Shown here: piece after piece, positions 36,576 to 44,810 of the stretch
How positions within the stretch are numbered: the stretch's first letter is position 1
Layout of the letters: each line of letters opens with the position of its first letter
Translations under genes and position numbers: made by a program
Source: Naegleria gruberi
Taxonomy: Eukaryota
Length of the DNA stretch: 64,000 bases
Assembly: GCA_000004985.1 (NCBI GenBank)
Contig: GG738853.1
Direction: 5' to 3' (one strand)
Notes under the pieces: generated by a model
The model's input: only the letters and a program-made list of their open reading frames with translations
The model's database searches: none
Told to the model about the DNA's origin: nothing

Positions 36576-36896
36576 ATGAGAGTACTTAGATCATTCAACA
36601 ACAACTTGAGAAAGCTCACCAGAGGACATGATGCCCACGCCCATCATCACGAGGTAAGTGAAAATAATATTTTGATCAAACCAACATTGGACTTGAACAA
36701 CAACAAAAAAACATTGTATTTAAATATTATTGATTAACAATAGCTCGTCTGCCTCAATAATGGACCACCATCAAAGGCTGCTGCCCTCACTTTCCTTGGA
36801 TCTTTGAGTGTTGTTCCAACTCTTTTGACTAGTTTGTGGTATGCCACTTATGTTGGTAATCCAATTACTAGAGCTTCCCAAAAGAAGGAAGAATAA
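36576..36896 (+). CDS. Small single-TM protein with a mitochondrial-presequence-like N-terminus (COX7A-like?). Exons are 36576..36653 and 36744..36896.
   Basis: 'MRVLRSFNNNLRKLTRGHDAHAHHHE|LVCLNNGPPSKAAALTFLGSLSVVPTLLTSLWYATYVGNPITRASQKKEE'. GTAAGT at 36654 and ACAATAG at 36743 define a 90-nt intron. The gene is divergent from ProRS. Its identity is unverified. Confidence 0.4.
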
Positions 36897-36976
36897 ATCC
36901 ATTCAGCTAGCATGCAAAATAACTAGTAAATATCGAGATGGGCCAAACAGAAAAAAGAAAATAAATTAGGTTGGTT

Positions 36977-38737
36977 TTATTCATTATCACTGTCGTTGTA
37001 TTCTCTTCTCTTTTTACTTTCAGGTTCTTCGAGTGTAGAATCGTGGTTTTGTTTCATCATTTCTTTCAAAGCCATTGTTGCAGCCATTTGTGCTATTCCA
37101 ACTGCCTTTTCTTGTTCTTGTTTAAAGTATTCGGTTGGTGTTTGTGGACCTAGTTGATTTTGAGGAGCTGTCTCTTTTCTTGGCTTTGAGAGAGCAGCAT
37201 TGGTTGTTCTCATAATTGATGAGGTGTAACCATCCCAGATTTGATCAGTACCAACAGATGAGCCTTCTTGTGTTTCACTATCTTCATTCCATGAGGCAAT
37301 AACTTTGGTCATTTCAATACCTGGAGCAATGTTAGTTTTTTCTCTCTTTGCCTTTTCTCTTTCTTTCTGTTCAAAGTATTGTGGATTAATTGTAGAAACT
37401 TTGAGATGTTTCTCTGCTCTATCAACTGGAATGAGTTCACCAGTTTTTTTATCCTTAAACATGAGAGGTGTGGATGATTTGACACCTTTTTGAGGTTGAT
37501 AAGTTCTGGCAAATCTACTCGGATCTAACTCTTCCTCATCCTCATCTTCATCATTCATACGGTTTTCTTCTTGTATATCTGTAAAGGTTGGTTCTGCAGG
37601 ATTAACATTTTCATCTTCGTTTGTTTCCATTTGATTCATATCTGAATCAGCAAATCCACTTGGATACATATTTTCATAAATATTTTCCTCTGGTTCTACA
37701 AATTCTTGTTCATTGATTTCCTCTTCCTCTTCCTCGTCGTCCATTTCAATTTCATTAATATCTTCATCAAAATCTATTGTCTGTACTACAATAAAGTCTT
37801 GCCAGTCAATCATGTCGAATACTGATTTGTCTTCATCTCTACCAAGTTGTTCCTTTCTTTGATTTTCTTCTTGTATCAATTCCCATTCAGCTTTCTGAAG
37901 GAGCATATCGAGTACTTGTAATTTCTTATCACTATCTGAGAACATGTTGAGATATTTAAAGATGTGATCTTCTGGCTTAACTGAAATTTGTTGAAGTTCA
38001 GAATTTGGATTATTTGGAATGTTATTTTCTTGATTGTACTTTTGAATTTGCATTGGTGTTAATCGGTCTGGGTGGATAATTCCAGTATAGATATCTACAA
38101 GCTTTGTGAAAAAGTGAAAGTGTCTGTGATTAGGCTTTAAAAAATCAAATTGAGGATTACTACTTTCCAAAGATGCAATTTCGAACATAAATTGCTTTCC
38201 ATTAGCAGCTGTATATTGAGCAGTCAATTTGATAATATCCAATTCTAAAGGTTTAATCGAGGAAGGAATTGTTGTATCATAGAAATATTCGAATGGGTCC
38301 CTAGTTGGTTTTTCTCGAGATCTGTTCATGTAAAATGCAACAGAGGCACTCTTAGATATGTTTCCAACAGTAATTTCCGACTTTTCTGATTTTAATGTTT
38401 CAAAATCGTCATCATCATCTTTAAATTCATCATTCTCAAATTCCTCTTCCAAGGTTTTAAATTTCTTTAATTTTTCCACAATATGTTTATAATACTTGTT
38501 GTATGGATTTTCTGGGAGGAGGAAATTAAATGTATTTTCATTACTTGACAAGAGTTGTTTCTCGGGAATTTTACTAGATACAATATGTTCTGCGGTAACT
38601 TCAATGGTCCTCTTCAATGCTGGAGGTGGAATAATAATTCCAATCTTTTTAGAATCGGTTGCTAATTCCGAAGATGATCCAAGACCACCGATCAGTGTAT
38701 TGTTATTAGTGTGGGATGAAGGGTGAGGATTTTGCAT
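36977..38737 (-). CDS. sf3a1: Splicing factor 3a subunit 1 (SF3A1/Prp21) with two SURP domains and no C-terminal ubiquitin-like domain
   Basis: SURP1 'FNFLLPENPYNKYYKHIVEKLKK' matches human 'FNFLNPNDPYHAYYRHKVSEFKE'. SURP2 'LTAQYTAANGKQFMFEIASLESSNPQFDFLKPNHRHFHFFTKLVDIY'. The middle region is acidic and repeat-rich. Confidence 0.8.
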   Translation of the reverse strand: MQNPHPSSHTNNNTLIGGLGSSSELATDSKKIGIIIPPPALKRTIEVTAEHIVSSKIPEKQLLSSNENTFNFLLPENPYNKYYKHIVEKLKKFKTLEEEFENDEFKDDDDDFETLKSEKSEITVGNISKSASVAFYMNRSREKPTRDPFEYFYDTTIPSSIKPLELDIIKLTAQYTAANGKQFMFEIASLESSNPQFDFLKPNHRHFHFFTKLVDIYTGIIHPDRLTPMQIQKYNQENNIPNNPNSELQQISVKPEDHIFKYLNMFSDSDKKLQVLDMLLQKAEWELIQEENQRKEQLGRDEDKSVFDMIDWQDFIVVQTIDFDEDINEIEMDDEEEEEEINEQEFVEPEENIYENMYPSGFADSDMNQMETNEDENVNPAEPTFTDIQEENRMNDEDEDEEELDPSRFARTYQPQKGVKSSTPLMFKDKKTGELIPVDRAEKHLKVSTINPQYFEQKEREKAKREKTNIAPGIEMTKVIASWNEDSETQEGSSVGTDQIWDGYTSSIMRTTNAALSKPRKETAPQNQLGPQTPTEYFKQEQEKAVGIAQMAATMALKEMMKQNHDSTLEEPESKKRREYNDSDNE

Positions 38738-38885
38738 TTTTTTTGATTTTATTAAAAATAATTGAACAAGTTGTTTTATAGTGGATGCAAATATTATTGA
38801 CCTAATGAATAACTTTGATTACACAAATACTAATTAAATAAATAATTTTAAATAGTACCTAATGGTTGAAAATTTTGTTTTTTTA

Positions 38886-40148
38886 TTATATACTTTGCTC
38901 AGAAATGAGATCCTCTGGAGGAACATCCAATTGTTTGAAAAAGGACATGGAAAAGAATGGATTTTCACCTCCATCATCATAGGCAACCACATGGTTTGAA
39001 GAAACAGTTATAATCTTTCCATCTAATCTCTTAGCTCTAAAAACTATGAAACAATTATCATTGCTTGCAAGGGCAGATTGTAAAAATGTTGAAAATACTC
39101 GTTGGCGATCTTCCTGAACAACAACATCACTCCACTTGCTAACAATACTCCTAAATTGTTCCAAATCATCATAACCAAGTAGTTTCAAAACACAAGAGTT
39201 GGCACTTAAAATCCTTCCAGTGTCTCCACTCGTTATTATGACTCCCAAACCAGAGCTGGCTCTTCCCAGAAAGTTATTCTTGAATTCTACAAAGCTTGAA
39301 GCAAAATCTGTTAATTCTCCCTTTACACGAGCATTTTCTTGTTTGAGAGTTTGGATTTCACCCTCTAAGGATTGAATTTTAGCAATCAAGTTTTGAATTT
39401 GTTGGTTGTTTGAACCTGGCAAAGAGGCTATTTGTGATTGCTGTTGTTGTGGCTGTTGTTGTGGAACTGCAAAGTTCTGGTTGGCTAAAATAGAGGCCAA
39501 TAAGCTTACCGATGATTGATTACTGTTGTTATTATTATTAACTGGTCTTTGATTACCAGAGAGTGGAGTAAAATTAAAAGGAGGAGAAGATTGAGGGTAA
39601 GGTTGTTGAGTATTATTCATCATTGGATAGGGAGATGAGCTTGGAGAAGGTGTATTAAATTGTTGTTGTTGTTGTTGCTGATTATTCTGGTAGTTGTTTG
39701 GAGATCTTTGAAGAGATTGAAAAAGAGATGGAGGAATCTGACCACTATTATTGTTGCTCATATTGTTGATGGAAGGGAAATTATTGTTAGGTTGAAGGGG
39801 TGAAGCAATAGTATTAGTAGCTTGTTGTTGTTGTTTGGAAATGTTATTGAATTGGAGGAATTTAGAGATGGTATTATTGATGATATTTTGTCCAACAACA
39901 GGATCAATTAATAAATCGCCTCCCTCGTTGTTGTTATTATTATTATTGGTACTACTATTATTTAAAGTAGAACTTGTTGTACGGAAGGATGACTCTTGTG
40001 ATAGGAATGAATTGATATCCGAGAGTTGTTGTTGTTGTGGTTGAGCAGTAGTGGTATTGGAAGAAGACTTGTTGGCTCCTGGATTATTATTATTGTTATT
40101 ATTGGAAAAGAATGGATTGGATGGATCGTTCATCGAGTGGTTCTTCAA
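38886..40148 (-). CDS. PolyQ/N-rich protein with a coiled-coil and a C-terminal PAS-like domain
   Basis: Long (CAA/AAT)n-encoded Q/N tracts lead into the heptad 'IQNLIAKIQSLEGEIQTLKQENARVKGEL'. After that comes 'GVIITSGDTGRILSANSCVLKLLGYDDLEQF...FIVFRAKRLDGKIITVSSNHVVAYDDGG', which has a PAS fold. Confidence 0.5.
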   Translation of the reverse strand: MKNHSMNDPSNPFFSNNNNNNNPGANKSSSNTTTAQPQQQQLSDINSFLSQESSFRTTSSTLNNSSTNNNNNNNEGGDLLIDPVVGQNIINNTISKFLQFNNISKQQQQATNTIASPLQPNNNFPSINNMSNNNSGQIPPSLFQSLQRSPNNYQNNQQQQQQQFNTPSPSSSPYPMMNNTQQPYPQSSPPFNFTPLSGNQRPVNNNNNSNQSSVSLLASILANQNFAVPQQQPQQQQSQIASLPGSNNQQIQNLIAKIQSLEGEIQTLKQENARVKGELTDFASSFVEFKNNFLGRASSGLGVIITSGDTGRILSANSCVLKLLGYDDLEQFRSIVSKWSDVVVQEDRQRVFSTFLQSALASNDNCFIVFRAKRLDGKIITVSSNHVVAYDDGGENPFFSMSFFKQLDVPPEDLISEQSI

Positions 40149-40872
40149 TTAATTGTTGCTATTTTAAATAGGATTAGATGACTGAAAAACAATGAGATAG
40201 TGGCTGAGTTTGTAAAAGAAATAATATCTCTAGACACAAAACTTGTGTGTTTCTGTTCTTGGAGTTGATGTTGTTGTGCAGTAGCAATAAAATCAAACCG
40301 CAACACATAGAAAAAAGTGCGGAATACCTTTTGCTAAATTTTTTAAATTGTTTCAGGTACGGTTTTGCGAGTTGCTGATAAAATTGCTAAATGCAAGTAC
40401 CAGATAAAAATCTCCCGTAAGCCAAGGTAGTCAAATAAGAGAATGAACGCTTTGGTTGAGGAGAAGTATCCCAAATTTATGAATCGCTTCTATGAAACCT
40501 TATTTGTTTTCTTATGAAAATGAAAATAATTAGAAAAATCAAACAACACAGGAAAAAGCAATAAGAATATTCTTCAAGATTCTTATCCTTGTACACTAAG
40601 GAAAGAATATTCTCTCAATGATTGTTTTATTAACTAACAACAATTGACTTGAGTGAATATTCGTTCATTCGTAGGAAATTCTGACTTCCAAAAATGTCGG
40701 GGAAAATCTTGATAAATATGATCACTAGTAAGAATCTTTGCAAAGATATCAATTATTTCCTGGAAAGGAATTTACAATAATAATTGAAAAATAATAAATA
40801 ATATATGAATTCAATATCAAAGCAAAAATCACCTTCATTCTTTTTGTTGATGAAAAAGTTAATAATAAAAAA

Positions 40873-41964
40873 ATGTCATCAAATCATCACAATTTTGATA
40901 CCAATTTTGATACTGTTCTTGCATTCAACATTTTGAAATTCACTCATCATGAAGAGTGGAGTGTTATCAAGCCATTTCTCATCTCATCTTCATTTAGGAA
41001 TGTATTTGAATCGGAGGAGTTTGCAAAGCAATACTTGTTGAATTGGTTTCAATTATCGGAAGAGGAGATTAATCAATTGGAAAGATTTGGTCTTGAATTT
41101 GGAAGGATTTGGAAAAACAATTCAGAAAATACAGATGAACAACCACAAAAGAAGAGAAAGATGGATCGTGAAATTGTAACAGAGACCTTTTCACCTCCAC
41201 AAACAATGAATGAAATTTTACAAATGTACACCAAACTATTCTATAAAGTAAATCTGGAAAAGACCAAGACACGTATCATTGAAACATTGAATAATTATAA
41301 TAGAGGTGATAGGAATAGTGCAGAAAAGATTTCAGAAATTAAAAAATTGGTTGCCTGTATGGAGTGTGATGAACTGATTGCTCAATCATTCAAACGATTT
41401 GGTAACAATAGTTTGGCAAGTGTTGAGACTAAGGAGAAGGACTTTACATTTAATAGATTAACAGTTCAACAATGTTTTGGAAGAGTGAAAGAAGTTTTTC
41501 TGTTGGATCATGTTGTGGAGGAAAGAGTTACTGATTTTGTTACCAAGAATGAGATTATTGTATTTACAAATATTGGATATCCTCTCTTACTGAAAACAAC
41601 ATTTATTAATGGATATAGTCTTGATCAATCTGAGAATTTATACATTTACTCTCACGAATTATTCAACAATCAGAGAAGAGAAAACATGAGAGTAAGTCAA
41701 TATTCTCAAACTCACAATCAAGAGCTTTTAGATTCACTGAAAACAATACTCCTTTCCAAAAGAGCGAATGAGTTTTTGATAAGAAATGGAGTCAAAGTTC
41801 ATCAAATTGATGATGTAAAACAAGCAATGATTTATGATTTTCTAGAATTGAGTTTTGGAAGTTTCAATTCATCCTTTAGATTGGACAGCTTGGGCTGGAT
41901 TCCTTTTGTAGGAAAGGTTAAGGGTGATGGAGATGATTACGAATCAGACGATTCTGACTATTAG
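40873..41964 (+). CDS. Hypothetical protein (363 aa)
   Basis: It is a single long ORF with an acidic C-terminus and no recognised domain. Confidence 0.4.
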   Translation: MSSNHHNFDTNFDTVLAFNILKFTHHEEWSVIKPFLISSSFRNVFESEEFAKQYLLNWFQLSEEEINQLERFGLEFGRIWKNNSENTDEQPQKKRKMDREIVTETFSPPQTMNEILQMYTKLFYKVNLEKTKTRIIETLNNYNRGDRNSAEKISEIKKLVACMECDELIAQSFKRFGNNSLASVETKEKDFTFNRLTVQQCFGRVKEVFLLDHVVEERVTDFVTKNEIIVFTNIGYPLLLKTTFINGYSLDQSENLYIYSHELFNNQRRENMRVSQYSQTHNQELLDSLKTILLSKRANEFLIRNGVKVHQIDDVKQAMIYDFLELSFGSFNSSFRLDSLGWIPFVGKVKGDGDDYESDDSDY

Positions 41965-42499
41965 AAATAATCAGATTATTCAATAACTCCAGTTTTTCTG
42001 GAGAATAATTGTTTCAAGGTAGAATCAAGTTTATTCAGCAGAAGGAGGGTAACATCTATTCCTTTGAACACTATCTTGTTTCAAATAACAGGATTTACCA
42101 GAATTATTTTCCCAGTAATTATTTAGATACTGATATATTTGTATCATTAGGAATGACTAGCTTTTGTGAAATGTATAGACTTTGGAAAGTGTCAGAATTT
42201 GGATTTGTGGGTATTGTGGTCGATTTGATTGTTTGTTGCTTATTGCCATAATTATTATAATTAAATATCAAATTAAAACTCAGTAAATATAACTCTTACT
42301 ACCTATACGGATATTTATACGTAAACTCATCAATGTTTGGAAAATATTCAATCACATTCATAATACTCCCACAGAGGGGCCATTAAATAAACGAATCTTT
42401 ACAATGTAAGGCAGCAAATCCCTACACGAATCTTAGATAGTCTAAAGATTTGGTCTCAGGTTGTTATTGATATAAGAGACATTAATAAAGTTTCACGTT

Positions 42500-43210
42500 T
42501 TATTGTTCTCTAATAGCACCAATAAAAAGTGATGTTAATTGTTTCATTTCACGTATGAATTTGGATCCTTCTACACCAATTTGATTGTGACTAATGTCAA
42601 GCGATGTTAATTGTTTCATTTCACTTATGAATTTGGATCCTTCTACACCAATTTGATTGTGACTAATATTAAGTGATGTTAATTGTTTCATATCACTTAT
42701 GAATTTGGATCCCTCTACACCAATTTCATTATAATATATATCAAGTGATGTTAATTGTTTCATTTCATGTATGAATTTGGATCCTTCTACACCAATTTGA
42801 TTGTTCCCAATATTAAGTAATGTTAATTGTTTCATTCCACTTATGAATTTAACTTTATCTGGAGAGTTAAGCAACCTAAAGGAACACTTAACATTTACAA
42901 TACTATTCATGAATTGACTTTTCATTAACAATTCAATTCTATTTTCTGTAAATTGTTTTTTAAATTGAATAACAAGTTTTGAACGTTCCTTGATCACATT
43001 AAACCATTGTTTTGAAATTAAAGTACAATTATTTAAAATAAACCACGAATCAAGCATTGAAATTATTTCAAAACAAACATCATCTGAAAATATTTCTTTT
43101 TCGAGTTTTACAAGCTTTGCTTTCTCTTCCATATTAGTATTGTTAGTGAATATTTCCTCCAAATTAATGAATTGATGATTTTCAAAATCTTGTCTGTTTC
43201 GTTTGCTCAT
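42500..43210 (-). CDS. F-box-like / LRR (RNI-type) protein containing a perfect 24-aa (72-bp) tandem repeat
   Basis: The N-terminus 'FSDDVCFEIISMLDSWFILNNCTLISKQWFNVIKE' is F-box-like. The C-terminus has 4.5 copies of 'LTSLDISHNQIGVEGSKFISEMKQ'. Confidence 0.55.
   Translation of the reverse strand: MSKRNRQDFENHQFINLEEIFTNNTNMEEKAKLVKLEKEIFSDDVCFEIISMLDSWFILNNCTLISKQWFNVIKERSKLVIQFKKQFTENRIELLMKSQFMNSIVNVKCSFRLLNSPDKVKFISGMKQLTLLNIGNNQIGVEGSKFIHEMKQLTSLDIYYNEIGVEGSKFISDMKQLTSLNISHNQIGVEGSKFISEMKQLTSLDISHNQIGVEGSKFIREMKQLTSLFIGAIREQ
42530..42850. repeat. 72-bp tandem repeat (about 4.5 copies, >90% identical) encoding LRR units
   Basis: '...ttaattgtttcatttcac(g/t)tatgaatttggatccttctacaccaatttgattgtgactaat(g/a)t(c/t)aag(c/t)gatg...' repeats head-to-tail. 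Confidence 0.85.
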
Positions 43211-43386
43211 TTTTTTAATTAAACCTTTGTGTCACTCCAATCCAAAATCAATAATCTTAATAATTCCTCTAATTTTTATGTTAATAATTCACATCGCCAA
43301 AATTTGAACCTGATAATTTTTAAAAGCAATTCATTAACCTTCGAGAAAATACTAATATATTCAATCATCTCGTAAGATGTATTAGC

Positions 43387-43392
43387 AAAAAA
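43387..43392 (-). terminator. Pol III terminator (T6 on the minus strand) after 5S copy 2
   Basis: The plus strand reads 'aaaaaa' at 43387-43392, which is TTTTTT immediately 3' of the 5S gene on the minus strand. Confidence 0.7.
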
Positions 43393-43510
43393 GACTACGG
43401 CACCACAGGTTCCCAAGTTGTCTCCAACCTCAGTACTGATGTGGCTCGACGATGCTTAACTTCTCAAATCGGACGGGATGAGGTGCATTCATCGTGATAT
43501 GGCCGTAGCC
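43393..43510 (-). rRNA. rrn5: 5S ribosomal RNA gene (copy 2, reverse strand)
   Basis: The reverse complement of 43393..43510 is 'GGCTACGGCCATATCACGATGAATGCACCTCATCCCGTCCGATTTGAGAAGTTAAGCATCGTCGAGCCACATCAGTACTGAGGTTGGAGACAACTTGGGAACCTGTGGTGCCGTAGTC'. It differs from copy 1 at 3 positions. Confidence 0.92.
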
Positions 43511-43753
43511 ATTCTCTATACTAAATTAAGGTTTATCAAAAGAGTCAGCCTTAAAAGTTTATGCTAAGAAAATCAAATTGGAGATCTTTATGAAAATCCA
43601 AATAAAAGAAACATACCAATTCCTACATATATTCCAATGTTCAATTACTAAGACTTTAGCATTTGGAAATTAATAAACAATAATATTTTGTAATACTAAT
43701 TGTTTATCAAGATTAATAGGATACATTAATGCAAATGAAGTGGACTGAGAAAA

Positions 43754-44539
43754 TTACTTAAAAGGTGGAGGAGGTATCAGAGGAATATGAGGAGGAAGAG
43801 GTGGTGTGAAGAAATGAGGTGGAGGTGGACCACCCAATAACTCTAATGGATGTGGCTTTGGAATATTCAAATTGAAGAATACACATTGTTTCTGTTGTGC
43901 TCTGTAAGTCATTTCCTTGGCAGTGGTAATTTGATAGACCTTTGAATTACATCCAGAGCAGAACCTCACCTGACGATATACAGTGTTAGTATTTAAAGGA
44001 GGAGGTGGTGGAGGAACACCAAAAGAATTAATAGGAGGTGGAGGTGGTACACTCTCAATTGGTTGATCGAGCTCTGGATCCAATATTTTCTCCTCATCAA
44101 CTATTGGCATTGCAGAAAAATCCATTGGACACTTGTAAATAAATTCACACAACTCAACAAATGGTGTATCAGTCAATGGAAATCTAACAGTTCTTCCTAA
44201 AGGGAGCATCTGTGGAGACTTTTGGACAATATGTCTAATTCTCCTCTTGAGAATGTGCAACCAATTTTTCACATTCAAATCAGCATAGAATTTAGGGAAA
44301 TACATTAATACTAATGGTTTCCAAATGGATACCTGCACTGGTGTGAATTCTTGCTTTTCTTGTTCAATCGCTAAATCATTCATTTCATTTGATAGATTTT
44401 CGGATTTGATTGGAACATCACAAGTCATGTTGAAAAATAATTTCAAATAATATTTACTGCTCAACGCAAAGAAAGAAATGTCTTTTGCAACCAAAAAGGT
44501 TCCGATGTGAATTAGCAAATCATTAGGAATTTCGTTCAT
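43754..44539 (-). CDS. F-box-like protein with a proline-rich C-terminus
   Basis: The N-terminus 'IPNDLLIHIGTFLVAKDISFFALSSKYYLKLF' is F-box-like. The C-terminus has PPPPPP tracts and a CxxC pair. Confidence 0.45.
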   Translation of the reverse strand: MNEIPNDLLIHIGTFLVAKDISFFALSSKYYLKLFFNMTCDVPIKSENLSNEMNDLAIEQEKQEFTPVQVSIWKPLVLMYFPKFYADLNVKNWLHILKRRIRHIVQKSPQMLPLGRTVRFPLTDTPFVELCEFIYKCPMDFSAMPIVDEEKILDPELDQPIESVPPPPPINSFGVPPPPPPLNTNTVYRQVRFCSGCNSKVYQITTAKEMTYRAQQKQCVFFNLNIPKPHPLELLGGPPPPHFFTPPLPPHIPLIPPPPFK

Positions 44540-44810
44540 TGTTACAACTTTCGTCTCGTTCTTTTACTGGACTAGCATCATTTAATGATGGTGATGGTTT
44601 ATTTTCCACTATTACTTGATCAATATCATCAGCAGCTTGATTATGTGAATTGGATGCATTCGAAAAGAAAGATTTTAGTTTCTTCATTTTTTTTATCTTT
44701 GCAACTCTGAACTATTCAGATCTGCACTGACGATTGAAACTGTCAAACTTTACAAAATATCTTGAGAGATAGTTAATAGTTCATTTGTTATTCACAAATA
44801 TTGAAAAAAA

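Noticed and set aside
36352-36579. A 75-aa plus-strand ORF
   Set aside because: It overlaps the A/T-rich divergent promoter and ends at the start codon of the spliced small-protein gene. It has no homology and no splice context.
42530-42850. Regular 72-bp repeat array that could be mistaken for a CRISPR-like array
   Set aside because: The genome is eukaryotic, and the repeats are in-frame coding LRR units inside an ORF, with no spacers.
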